From a virus, in IMG/VR virus record IMGVR_UViG_3300031741_000001, positions 1 to 64,000 of that record: a DNA stretch of 64,000 nucleotides. One strand, 5' to 3'. The position numbers and the translations under genes were made by a program. The notes under the pieces were generated by a model. The model did no database searches, was not told where the DNA came from, and saw nothing but the letters and a program-made list of their open reading frames with translations. Below, in pieces: positions 9,709 to 19,006 of the stretch (the first letter of the stretch is position 1; each line of letters begins with the position of its first letter).

Positions 9709-11166
9709 ATGGATTCTATAATACAAACAGCTATGTTAGTGAATACAAGTACCAACCTTAAAAAAGGTTGGTCTGAACCTAACGTCAATCAAGAATATAT
9801 GAGACTAGATCCTTTAGGTAGAGCTACTCATCTATTAAGACAAAGTTTTTTAATTAAATACTGTTCCATAATTTATGGAAAGTACCTACCTCCACTAATA
9901 GAGAATTATAAAAAAGCTTTAGCTAACACTATTCAAATTGAAATAAGAAACTGTAGAAGTAAAGACATTAAAGTTAAATTTGGATTGCAGACCGCTTCTA
10001 CCTTCATCCGGTTAGAAGATTTTATTAAATTTAATAGTAAGAATATACTCTCATATTTTGATGATAATTCCCCAGCTAATATGAAAAGTAATATTCCCAA
10101 TATCGGCGAATCGCCATTTATTGAAATGTGTCTTAACTTTTGGAACAACAATCTCGCTCTATCTCAAAGAAAATTTGAAGATATCGAAACTCCTCTTATC
10201 TCAGGAGTTAAAATTCCTAAAATAGACATAACTAAAAATTGCATTTTACTTAATACTGAAGATACGAACTATCATTTTATTGGGTATGTTTACTCTCCAG
10301 AATTAATCAATACGATATACATGAATTCTCCTATTGATAATAATGATACTCTATGTTCTTTATCTGCTTCTTTGGATTGGAATGGTAAGTCGTTTTCTAA
10401 TCTTTTAGGATTCTTTGCTAGGAATGTTTTGACTATGGATGTTTTCTCTCCATTGAAAATAAACACTACTCAAAAAAATAAATTAATCCAATATAGAAAC
10501 CTAATCAACGCCAGCTGTTTCTATGTTCTCTTTAACGATATGTATAAGTCTCTTATTAATCCTACTATCTTTATTAAAAGAAATGATCCTAAGATAATGG
10601 ATGGATTCTTAAAGACAATAGAACTTTTAAAAACTACTTATAATTTAGAAATGGATGATTTAGGGGCTCTTAATAAATTAGCTTCCGCATCTAGCGAGTT
10701 TGGCGATTTCCTTTTTAATAAAGATAATAATAATCATGTTAAATCTGCTGACGGTGGAACTTACCCAACTATCCTCGATGGGTTAGAAGGATTAGAATCT
10801 GAAGACGAGACTGGTTCCATAGAGGAACCTGCAGACGATATGGAAGAAGATGCTCCTGAACCGGTAGTTGAAGCAGATCCAGTAGCTCCTAAAGAGGCTA
10901 CTTCTTTTAGAAGTAAACTTAAAAATGATAAATCTAAAAAGATTAAAATAGAATTAGAAAAAGAAGTTACGTTAGACGTTATTCTCCTTAGAGATGAATT
11001 TTATGAATTCATCACTCAGATTCTAAAGAATCCTGAAGATAAGGTAGACTCTTTAGAATTAAGAGCTCTCAAGAAAATCAGAGATTACTGGTTAAATGTT
11101 CTAAGCATTAAAACTATCTACGATATCATTTCTAGTGTTGTCTCGTGCCCTATTGTTATAAAGTAA
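9709..11166 (+). CDS. Putative head protein upstream of MCP
   Basis: 485 aa with an acidic linker containing GLE-GLE and SIE protease-type sites; sits between helicase and MCP. Confidence 0.55.
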   Translation: MDSIIQTAMLVNTSTNLKKGWSEPNVNQEYMRLDPLGRATHLLRQSFLIKYCSIIYGKYLPPLIENYKKALANTIQIEIRNCRSKDIKVKFGLQTASTFIRLEDFIKFNSKNILSYFDDNSPANMKSNIPNIGESPFIEMCLNFWNNNLALSQRKFEDIETPLISGVKIPKIDITKNCILLNTEDTNYHFIGYVYSPELINTIYMNSPIDNNDTLCSLSASLDWNGKSFSNLLGFFARNVLTMDVFSPLKINTTQKNKLIQYRNLINASCFYVLFNDMYKSLINPTIFIKRNDPKIMDGFLKTIELLKTTYNLEMDDLGALNKLASASSEFGDFLFNKDNNNHVKSADGGTYPTILDGLEGLESEDETGSIEEPADDMEEDAPEPVVEADPVAPKEATSFRSKLKNDKSKKIKIELEKEVTLDVILLRDEFYEFITQILKNPEDKVDSLELRALKKIRDYWLNVLSIKTIYDIISSVVSCPIVIK

Positions 11167-11221
11167 TAAACATAATATATAAGTATAAGTAAACCTAAAA
11201 AAGAAATATAAGGAGAAGAAG

Positions 11222-13369
11222 ATGAAACAAACATCATCGATTGACTTTTTTCTAGAAAAAGTCAGAGAAAACATGCACCCACAGACAGATGGTCCCATAG
11301 CTGACTTAGCTCTAGAGGCAGCTCGGATTGAATCTAAAGTAGATGAGTTCTTAAGTTCTAATGGTTTTGGAATGCACCGCGAAATCGGTGGGCATATGAT
11401 GACTATCGCAACAGAATCTCTATCCTCAGAAATGTTAGTATATGATGAAATAGAAGAATTTGTAAAAAATGTTAAGGGTATTCATCCTGACCATGTAGCA
11501 TCAGCTACCGGACTTGTCGGAATCATTCTTAATAGAAATGCTAAATTCAAAAATAACTACGGCGCCGGACAGAATCTTAAAATCAACCGCACAGATCTTA
11601 AACAAGATCTAGTTGGATTAGAATCTCTATATCCAAGTTATTTAATGAGCGATCCTACTTGCAATCTAAGTAATGCATCTACTGAATCATTCGGTGTTGA
11701 TATTGATATGGCTCTTCCTGATCTTAAAGTTTCTATAACTATCGCGTTGATGAGATTCCATACTTCTATCTTAGATAGACTTATGCCTACTATCCCAACA
11801 AATCAACCGTATGCTCAGTATGTTAAGAAAAAAGAATTTGTTGTCGATACTACTACAAGCAAACAGGTTAAAATACTAGACCTATATGTCAATCCTGAAA
11901 TTATTGATAATGTTCTTAAACCTATTATTCCACTTTTAAAGAATGAACCTAGTCTTTTAGTTGCTGATAATATTATTAAACCTAATATTGAAATAAACAT
12001 TATTAAAGCATCAGTTGACGCTAACAAACCAGGTTATGGTAAAGTTAACTCTACTGACAAAATCGCTGATGGTGTTAAACTTCAAACTGTTTATGTTAGT
12101 TTAACTACATCTAAAGCTACTGAAACTTTCGCACTTGACGTTCCTGGTGATCTCGGTAGACTATCAATGTCTCCAAATACAATGGGTAGTAGTAACTCAG
12201 GTACTCGTGTTGGTAATATTGATTTTAAAACATTCCTTACTAAAGGTCAAGAAACTACAAAAGGGACTGTTTCTACAATCCTAGGTGTTTGTCAACCTAA
12301 TGAAGGTATTGCTATATCTACTAGCGCTAGACCTACAGTTAACGTTATCAGTTGTGTTGCTGAATGTTTATTCAATATCTCAGTAGCTGCTCATACTCAA
12401 GTTATTGGACAAGCTCCAAGTACAGCTCTCGACGCATTAGTGGTAGTATTAGAAGCAGCCAATGCTAGTACTGTTTATGGATATGCCCTAGATGCAAGAT
12501 TCAGAGAAGACAACTTTAGAAAATCGAATAAGCTTGCTAGGATGGAACAACAGCCTTTAGCTTACGAGATCCCAACCGCTCCAAACATTTTCTACGACCA
12601 GGCTATTAGTCAGACTAATCCTGAAACTAATACTAATAACTTAGCTAAGCTTGTTAGTATCGGTAAAGACTATCGTGGTATTAATATTATTAAAGGAACA
12701 CTAGCATCAGTATACGCCTCTAGATTAGCTGCTGGTGGAAACCCTCTTTATAATTACGATATCGGTGCTAATTACGTTAGTGGTGACATGGTAAAACCAT
12801 ATGTATGGCAGGACACCTTCGACGCTAATCCTACAAAGATGATGCAAGACTCTGATCACTCAGGTGATGTTAAACAGCATTTCGTTACTTATATAACTTA
12901 TGCTATCGATCAGATCCATAGTAAATCTTTATATTGTCAACAGCTTCCACAAGGCGCTGTTCCTACATATAGACTACTTACTACTAATCCTATCCTTGGT
13001 GGTATTATTGGTCAGCCTCATTATCATACAGCTCTTGATAACGGTGTATGGGGAAATGCAGCTGGAGTTGAATATACTCTCGTTCTCCCTAATGGTGTTA
13101 GACTTGAATGTATTACTACAACATTCGATATTATGGAAAACCAGATGCTAATCATTCCTATGGTTGCTGGAGAACCTACTAGTGAACTTAACTTTGCTCA
13201 TAACTGGAACTATGGAACAGTTGTTGGACAATATGTTCAAGGTAGTGGCGGAGTTCTGAAAAGAATGTTCTTAAACTCTCGTGAAATTCCTATTCCTATT
13301 AATCCAATAGGTGCTTTAATAACAGTTAGTAATTTAGCAGCTGCTTCATTCGTAACTGAACCTAAATAA
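11222..13369 (+). CDS. Major capsid protein (phiKZ gp120-like)
   Basis: 715 aa; N-terminal propeptide with ATE/GLE/STE sites (ASTE|SFG); strong T/A third-position codon bias; own promoter-like motif and terminator; synteny with helicase. Confidence 0.8.
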   Translation: MKQTSSIDFFLEKVRENMHPQTDGPIADLALEAARIESKVDEFLSSNGFGMHREIGGHMMTIATESLSSEMLVYDEIEEFVKNVKGIHPDHVASATGLVGIILNRNAKFKNNYGAGQNLKINRTDLKQDLVGLESLYPSYLMSDPTCNLSNASTESFGVDIDMALPDLKVSITIALMRFHTSILDRLMPTIPTNQPYAQYVKKKEFVVDTTTSKQVKILDLYVNPEIIDNVLKPIIPLLKNEPSLLVADNIIKPNIEINIIKASVDANKPGYGKVNSTDKIADGVKLQTVYVSLTTSKATETFALDVPGDLGRLSMSPNTMGSSNSGTRVGNIDFKTFLTKGQETTKGTVSTILGVCQPNEGIAISTSARPTVNVISCVAECLFNISVAAHTQVIGQAPSTALDALVVVLEAANASTVYGYALDARFREDNFRKSNKLARMEQQPLAYEIPTAPNIFYDQAISQTNPETNTNNLAKLVSIGKDYRGINIIKGTLASVYASRLAAGGNPLYNYDIGANYVSGDMVKPYVWQDTFDANPTKMMQDSDHSGDVKQHFVTYITYAIDQIHSKSLYCQQLPQGAVPTYRLLTTNPILGGIIGQPHYHTALDNGVWGNAAGVEYTLVLPNGVRLECITTTFDIMENQMLIIPMVAGEPTSELNFAHNWNYGTVVGQYVQGSGGVLKRMFLNSREIPIPINPIGALITVSNLAAASFVTEPK

Positions 13370-13378
13370 AATAATACC

Positions 13379-13412
13379 CTATACTCTTATCCTCGTTAGG
13401 ATAAGAGTATAG
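13379..13412. terminator. Terminator between convergent genes (15 bp stem)
   Basis: CTATACTCTTATCCT-cgtt-AGGATAAGAGTATAG followed by a T-tract. Confidence 0.85.
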
Positions 13413-13421
13413 TTCTTTTTT

Positions 13422-15047
13422 TTAAACCATTTCTAAGATCTCATCGTAGCTAGGTAGATTAAAAAACTCGTTACATATTCTAACAGCTGAAATATCATAC
13501 GTCGGAAGGAAAATAAAAAGTTCTTCTATTTTTCTATCGTGATTGTTTTCAAAGTATAAAGCTGTATAGATTTTAGTCTCTTTTGCGATATTGAAAGCAT
13601 CGGTGATGGATGGGTAATCACTAACAACGTCTACATCGATAGTAAACTTAATTAACTTAGTTGGCGCATCTAACTCTTCTATAATAGGTATCCCTATATC
13701 ATCCATCAGATACGGAGATAGTACATTCCCTCCAGTGTTCTTTATAAACTCATCTTCTATCTTCAACTGACTACCTGAAGTAGTAGCTATTACTGCTTTA
13801 TTCTCGGTACAGTAAGAATAGAAGTCATCTTTCAACTGAATAGTCTGTTTATTAAAATTCTCTAATAAACTAGTTGAGGATAACCCTATAGCCGATTCTA
13901 CATCATGGGTTACCATATTCATTAATAATATTATTAATGTATCAAAAATATTATAAACTGTATATTCTATAAAATATTCACTTAACATCTCATAGTGAGT
14001 TCTATCATTATCAAAATCTATCTTCCCAACTCCTAATATTTTCTTAGACACATACTGAAGAGTATAAGATGGTAGAATGCCTTTAGCTTTTCTTAACAGG
14101 CTATGTAGTCTCATACTATCAATAAATTGAGTCTTTCCACTTATTCTGCAATAGTCCCAAGAATACGACCAATGTTCTTTCTTATTAACTCTACCTTTAT
14201 CATATTTATAAAATCTATATTTCTTAGGTATTTCATCTGAACAAAAAATATCAGCAATGTCTCCGCCTCTAAAAACTATACGATCAGCTAAAGTTGGAAT
14301 ATCATATCCCATGTTCCAAATAGAAATATAGTCTGGAGCTTTCTCGTGTATCCTTTTAAATATCCACTTAATAAGTTCCAACTCATCATCTGAGAAAAAG
14401 AAAGTAATCTTAGGATTTAATGTATCGAAGATAGTTTTTACTTTATCTTTTAATTTCTTTCTATATTTAATTTTCTCTTCTTTAAGTTTTATTAAAATAT
14501 CTTCTTCTGTCCCTCCTTTTAAAAGACTTTTAAGAGCTGCTGTGAATGTCTCACCATCCCCGTTCGTAAACGAAATTAAATTAACTATTTTAGTATCAGT
14601 AACGTCTTGCTCTATATCTAAAGTTCCAATATTGAATTTTAAGGCAACCTTTTCTTTAGAGTTTAATTTCTGTTTTAAAAGTACCCTAGGATCGATATCC
14701 GCACCGTATACAGAGACATCGTTGAAAAGATCAGCTCTTGATACATATTTCCTGCTAGGGATATCTAATGCTTCTTTAAGGATTGGTATAAGCTCATGTT
14801 GGTTAGCAGAATATTTATCTACTCTACTCAATAACTCATAATCCTTTTTTCTATTATGTTGTTTAAAGCAATCTTGCGTTAAATAAAAAGGTCTTTCTAC
14901 AGGATCTATTATCTTAAGCGTTGTTTCGTTGGTGTGGATATTCTTAAGAGAAGCTATTATAGAGTAATGATCTTTCTCCGAAATACCAACAGCATGAACA
15001 TATCTATAATCGTCATAGTTCATTTTTGAATTTTTATCTTTTTCCAT
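13422..15047 (-). CDS. Family-B DNA polymerase, exonuclease plus motif A half (split polymerase)
   Basis: ExoI TLDIE, ExoII WNMGYDIP, ExoIII YNIFD, motif A DVDVVSDYPS; ORF ends without motifs B/C. Confidence 0.85.
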   Translation of the reverse strand: MEKDKNSKMNYDDYRYVHAVGISEKDHYSIIASLKNIHTNETTLKIIDPVERPFYLTQDCFKQHNRKKDYELLSRVDKYSANQHELIPILKEALDIPSRKYVSRADLFNDVSVYGADIDPRVLLKQKLNSKEKVALKFNIGTLDIEQDVTDTKIVNLISFTNGDGETFTAALKSLLKGGTEEDILIKLKEEKIKYRKKLKDKVKTIFDTLNPKITFFFSDDELELIKWIFKRIHEKAPDYISIWNMGYDIPTLADRIVFRGGDIADIFCSDEIPKKYRFYKYDKGRVNKKEHWSYSWDYCRISGKTQFIDSMRLHSLLRKAKGILPSYTLQYVSKKILGVGKIDFDNDRTHYEMLSEYFIEYTVYNIFDTLIILLMNMVTHDVESAIGLSSTSLLENFNKQTIQLKDDFYSYCTENKAVIATTSGSQLKIEDEFIKNTGGNVLSPYLMDDIGIPIIEELDAPTKLIKFTIDVDVVSDYPSITDAFNIAKETKIYTALYFENNHDRKIEELFIFLPTYDISAVRICNEFFNLPSYDEILEMV

Positions 15048-15059
15048 ACATCTCCCTTT

Positions 15060-15266
15060 TTATAAAATATTAGGATATATTATTTTTAGAAAATATCCTA
15101 TACACACTAGCGCTAATGTTGAAATAAATAAAACAGTACAGCATACAAGCACCCACAAGAAAATAAAATCGGTTCTCTCATCAGTATCCATATCCCTAAA
15201 CTTTTTACAGATCGGTTTTTTCTTTTTCTTCTCAAAATATTCATATTTCATTTTTCTTTTTTTCAT
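15060..15266 (-). CDS. Small membrane protein
   Basis: 68 aa, basic N-terminus and one long hydrophobic helix; AGGAG SD. Confidence 0.65.
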   Translation of the reverse strand: MKKRKMKYEYFEKKKKKPICKKFRDMDTDERTDFIFLWVLVCCTVLFISTLALVCIGYFLKIIYPNIL

Positions 15267-15336
15267 AACTCTCCTTTCATATACTATAGTGATTTTATAT
15301 TAAAAAATACATTAAAAAAAAATATATAAGAATACT

Positions 15337-15363
15337 TCTACTGATCTCTATTAGATCAGTAGA
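15337..15363. terminator. Hairpin (11 bp stem)
   Basis: TCTACTGATCT-ctatt-AGATCAGTAGA with an A-tract on the left. Confidence 0.55.
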
Positions 15364-15489
15364 TGATGTGTTTATAAGGAATTAACTTTGTTTTTAAAAA
15401 AAAAGAAAAAAAGTTTAGAAAGCTACGGTGTTGTATAGGACGGTATAAACAGAGGAACAAACATTGATGGTTTATATACTATGTATGTT

Positions 15490-15509
15490 AACAGTTATTA
15501 ATAACTGTT
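15490..15509. promoter_or_regulatory. Perfect 20 bp palindrome, possible operator
   Basis: AACAGTTATTAATAACTGTT about 40 bp upstream of the nuclease start. Confidence 0.35.
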
Positions 15510-15551
15510 TAATAAAATAATATAACTAATATAAATGAAAAAGGATAATTT

Positions 15552-16283
15552 ATGGATAATATTATAACAGAGCATAATGGCATACAAATATTCTTCAATG
15601 AAGAACTACATAAATACTTTAATGACGATTGTGATAATTTCACTTCAGCAACTAGACTTTTAAAAAAATACTTCCCTTTCGATACTGATGGGTTAAGTAA
15701 AAAACAAGCTAAGAAATTAGGAGTTACGCAAGAGAGTATTCTAGCCAAATGGGACCTACTTAAACAAGAAGGTTGCGATCTTGGAAATAACATCCATAAC
15801 TACCTTGAGAATTATCTTAGTGGGAAACCATTACCTTCTCCTATCAGTGAGAGAGCTGCTATTAGTTTTAAGACATGTAAGCAGCTGTGTGATAAAGTTT
15901 TAACTGATTATGATATAATAGCTCTTGAGAAAATAATATTCTCTCAACTCTTGGGGGTAGCTGGCACTATAGATTTAATATGTCGACATAAGAAAACAAA
16001 GGTATTGAAGATAGTAGACTGGAAGACCAATAAAAAAATAGTAACAGCCAATTACTTTAAGTCTTTTGGATTATATCCAGTAGATCATATCCCGAATATT
16101 AATTTCTTTAAATATAGTTTACAGACAACTTTCTATAAATATCTACTTCTGCTAGAAGAGTATTATGATGAGGAAATTGAAACTTTTATTTTCCATATTC
16201 GAGAAGATAAAACCAAAGTTTATAGAACAGAGTATTATGAAAACGAAATCAAAAAAATGATAAAAGGTTTAAAGACTGATTAA
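15552..16283 (+). CDS. PD-(D/E)XK superfamily exonuclease (RecB/Cas4-like fold)
   Basis: GNNIHNYLE, GVAGTIDL, IVDWKT and YSLQ...Y motifs. Confidence 0.85.
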   Translation: MDNIITEHNGIQIFFNEELHKYFNDDCDNFTSATRLLKKYFPFDTDGLSKKQAKKLGVTQESILAKWDLLKQEGCDLGNNIHNYLENYLSGKPLPSPISERAAISFKTCKQLCDKVLTDYDIIALEKIIFSQLLGVAGTIDLICRHKKTKVLKIVDWKTNKKIVTANYFKSFGLYPVDHIPNINFFKYSLQTTFYKYLLLLEEYYDEEIETFIFHIREDKTKVYRTEYYENEIKKMIKGLKTD

Positions 16284-16306
16284 ATTAAAAAAAAAAATAA
16301 TATCGT

Positions 16307-16345
16307 TCCCCAATCATTATCGACTACTGCGATAATGATTGGGGA
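16307..16345. terminator. Terminator hairpin (16 bp stem)
   Basis: TCCCCAATCATTATCG-actactg-CGATAATGATTGGGGA, preceded by an A-tract. Confidence 0.8.
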
Positions 16346-16380
16346 TAATCCTATGGATCATATTTGATTCAATCCTTTTT

Positions 16381-16558
16381 GTGAAGAATTGACTAATTTA
16401 TTAAGTATGAGATAGCGGTATCGAGGTATCTTCTAACAAGTGGCTGTGCTTGTATTATAGAAAGGAATAGAGGTTCGGTTCATTAGGAGCTTTATACTAG
16501 CTAACGATCTAGTAATTTTCAATTAATAATATAAATCAATCAATTCTATATTATTCAC
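16381..16558 (-). ncRNA. Candidate structured ncRNA, copy A (pseudoknot plus ACAGCCA-loop hairpin)
   Basis: Minus strand ACUAG-A-UCGUUAG-CUAGU-AUAAAGCUC-CUAAUGA (16513-16480); hairpin ACAAG-CACAGCCA-CUUGU (16453-16436); AUACCUC tail; nested flanking inverted repeats (16385-16392/16540-16547, 16398-16404/16523-16529). Confidence 0.6.
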
Positions 16559-16608
16559 TTTATTCATATTGCCAGTAAATCATCCTTGCGGAAGGGCAGT
16601 GTAGCTAT

Positions 16609-16836
16609 CTAGGCTAGAGTAGTAGCTCTAACTAGGGTAACCATAGCATATACGAATTCAGCGAGTTCAATTACGGCTAAGACCCCAATAGCGATCAGTA
16701 ACATTGGAGTAAGCGTTGGACATAAGCAAACTATAGTTACGATCCCAACCGCAGGTCCTACTGAAATAACAGTTTGTACTACTGCTTTAGTTATCTTTTT
16801 TACTACATTCCATATTGTTGTTAGTGTGTTTTTCAT
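16609..16836 (-). CDS. Small hydrophobic (two-helix) membrane protein
   Basis: 75 aa, amphipathic N-terminus then two hydrophobic segments; AAGGA SD. Confidence 0.7.
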   Translation of the reverse strand: MKNTLTTIWNVVKKITKAVVQTVISVGPAVGIVTIVCLCPTLTPMLLIAIGVLAVIELAEFVYAMVTLVRATTLA

Positions 16837-16892
16837 GATATTATTCCTTATTGGAGTTAATGAATCTTTAGATAGATAAGAATAATCTAACT

Positions 16893-16915
16893 TTGATTCA
16901 TAGGAGTAATGTATA
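16893..16915 (-). promoter_or_regulatory. Putative early-type promoter TATACATTA-N7-GAATCAA
   Basis: Matches 7067-7089. Confidence 0.5.
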
Positions 16916-16920
16916 ACTCA

Positions 16921-16956
16921 AATAAGACGAACTACACTTCAGTAGTTCGTCTTATT
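16921..16956. terminator. Terminator-like hairpin (15 bp stem)
   Basis: AATAAGACGAACTAC-acttca-GTAGTTCGTCTTATT directly after the ruvC stop. Confidence 0.75.
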
Positions 16957-16963
16957 ATAAGTA

Positions 16964-17557
16964 TTATATTAAAAGATCTAATATCATTTTCTTACAGAAA
17001 TGGAACCCTACAGATATAGCATCTGCTTCGTCTTGGGTCATCTTCAACTTAAGCTTCTCACTTCGATATGTAAGCTCTGGATGATTGATCACTATATTCT
17101 GAACACAATCCTTTTTAATACTACCATTTCCAGTCACCGTTTCCTTATGGGATTTGGTTGGTATTTTATAAATCTTCTTATTAAAACTTCTGAAGATGAG
17201 TAACTGTATAGTGGTAATGCATTGGAGAATTATACCATAAGCGTTAGGGAATTTTGGATTATAAAAAGCATCTTCAATAGCAATAAATTCGGGATTGTTC
17301 TCCTCAATTATATCACTTATCTCGTTTCGTAGAAGATCTATTCTTAAAATTCCACCACCAAATTTCTCTCTTCGGTCATCCATAGCTACTCTGGAGACTA
17401 TTCTTCTAGGGTGGATAGTTCCTAATTTAGCTATTGTTATTTCTCCAGTTGTCGTGACGTATTCTAAGATGCTCCATCCGCAATTTGTAGTACCTGGATC
17501 TATCGCCAGAACTTTGATTTTCTTTTTTGGTCCCACACCCTCTTTATTTTTTTTCAT
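16964..17557 (-). CDS. ruvC: RuvC-like Holliday junction resolvase
   Basis: LAIDPGTTNCGWS, IAIED, K..VTGNG and DEADAISVG catalytic motifs. Confidence 0.9.
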   Translation of the reverse strand: MKKNKEGVGPKKKIKVLAIDPGTTNCGWSILEYVTTTGEITIAKLGTIHPRRIVSRVAMDDRREKFGGGILRIDLLRNEISDIIEENNPEFIAIEDAFYNPKFPNAYGIILQCITTIQLLIFRSFNKKIYKIPTKSHKETVTGNGSIKKDCVQNIVINHPELTYRSEKLKLKMTQDEADAISVGFHFCKKMILDLLI

Positions 17558-17626
17558 AATATCCTTTATAGTCTAATATTTATAGTTTACTTATACTATA
17601 GTAGAAAGAATAAAAAAAAAAATAAA

Positions 17627-17655
17627 AACCTGATAGCTTTAAAAGCTATCAGGTT
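17627..17655 (-). terminator. Terminator hairpin
   Basis: AACCTGATAGCTTT-a-AAAGCTATCAGGTT with a long A-tract on the left, just after the 17665 stop. Confidence 0.8.
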
Positions 17656-17664
17656 GATGGTTAG

Positions 17665-18132
17665 TTATTTAGAAAAATGTTCATTGAGACGATCTTCGTT
17701 CTTTTGTATCTCGTCTTTTTGGATATCTTTATCCAAAATCCCACCGGTTATTTTCCAAGAGAATTCGGGTTTTACTTTTTCTCCAATTTTACGATTGGTT
17801 TTATTACCGTCTTTATCTTCCTTATACTCCCTAATTGGAATAACTGCTGACGGAGACCATCTAGCTCTGGTTCTATCAAGACCATTATCTATCGTTAGAT
17901 CGCATCCTTTCTTATTGTTATTATCTATACACGCATCCGCACAGAAGTTAATAGCGGCAGCAGCTATCTTTTTCTTAACAGCCAAAACGGCATTCAGGGT
18001 TTCTTCATCGATAGCTTCACCGGCGAATATTTCTTTATACTGCTTTTTGCTAATGCTATACTTTAACGTCCCATCCTTCGGGGTCTTACCTACCAACTCC
18101 ACATTCAAAAACTTTCTTTTCAAAGCGCTCAT
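17665..18132 (-). CDS. Hypothetical basic protein
   Basis: 155 aa, co-oriented with 18135..18845, ends at a terminator. Confidence 0.7.
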   Translation of the reverse strand: MSALKRKFLNVELVGKTPKDGTLKYSISKKQYKEIFAGEAIDEETLNAVLAVKKKIAAAAINFCADACIDNNNKKGCDLTIDNGLDRTRARWSPSAVIPIREYKEDKDGNKTNRKIGEKVKPEFSWKITGGILDKDIQKDEIQKNEDRLNEHFSK

Positions 18133-18134
18133 AC

Positions 18135-18845
18135 TTACCCTACTTTCTTTACATTTAGTTTATTTAATTCGTCGGAGAAACTTTTCCCAATGTTTGTAAT
18201 TCTGGTCGATGATATATTCGAAATCAAAAAATCTTTTAATATAACTCGCACAGCTTGGAGAGTTCTTACATAGAGCTCCTCTTCCTTTAACCCCACCTGT
18301 TTTTTAATCGAAAATAATTCAAAACAATCGGTGATATAACCTTGAAGATATTTCGATCTCATTCTATACGCGTCATCTACTTTATTAAGACTAAGCAAAA
18401 CTGATCTGAAGAAGGGATAGTTATTTCGCTTACCTATCATTTTAGTATGTACGTGTTTTAGTACATCGAAGATAATTATTTTCTTACCCATAGACATTCT
18501 AAGGTTTGCAAACAGTTGTTTTAATTTATCACACGTCTCTTGAGTATTAAAGATCTTTTCGATATCAGCTACTAGTTTCTTTTGTTTTAATTGATATAGA
18601 TACCGCTTTCTATATTCTAAAACTGCAGAAACTAAAATGTAGTCATTTTTATCAATACTATCCGCAATAAAGGCACTCCCATCAGGGAAAATGCAATGTT
18701 GCACTAATCTATCCCCGAACGTTCGGCAAACATATCTAATAGGAACAGCTAGTGATTCTAAAACAAAATCGTTACTGGTTCTAATTAGAGTGTTAAACTC
18801 ATTATTCCACGAGCTTCTTAAATTTTGATTTCCTACGTTTTTCAT
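18135..18845 (-). CDS. Hypothetical protein
   Basis: 236 aa; upstream TATATATTA motif on the minus strand near 18903-18912. Confidence 0.7.
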   Translation of the reverse strand: MKNVGNQNLRSSWNNEFNTLIRTSNDFVLESLAVPIRYVCRTFGDRLVQHCIFPDGSAFIADSIDKNDYILVSAVLEYRKRYLYQLKQKKLVADIEKIFNTQETCDKLKQLFANLRMSMGKKIIIFDVLKHVHTKMIGKRNNYPFFRSVLLSLNKVDDAYRMRSKYLQGYITDCFELFSIKKQVGLKEEELYVRTLQAVRVILKDFLISNISSTRITNIGKSFSDELNKLNVKKVG

Positions 18846-19006
18846 GATGTGACTTTCTCTAATTTGTAGCTAAAATTATATGGGCTAGTTCGTCTATACT
18901 AATAATATATATTTAAAAAATTATTGAGATTTCTTAGTAGTTATTTTAAAGGTATTTTGTCTATATTATAGTATGATTGTATTAATTAAAACGTATTGGA
19001 GAGAAA

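Noticed and set aside
16480-16513. preQ1-I riboswitch
   Set aside because: A 5-bp stem followed by AUAAA is similar, but the loop is only 8 nt, almost fully paired, lacks the conserved ligand-binding C, and the element is 3' of genes rather than in a leader.
17654-18199. 181-aa plus-strand ORF and the other antisense ORFs nested in long genes (e.g. 23939, 33252, 43467, 44079)
   Set aside because: Fully overlap better-supported opposite-strand genes, lack SD sites and show the S/L/I/F-rich composition of antisense frames.
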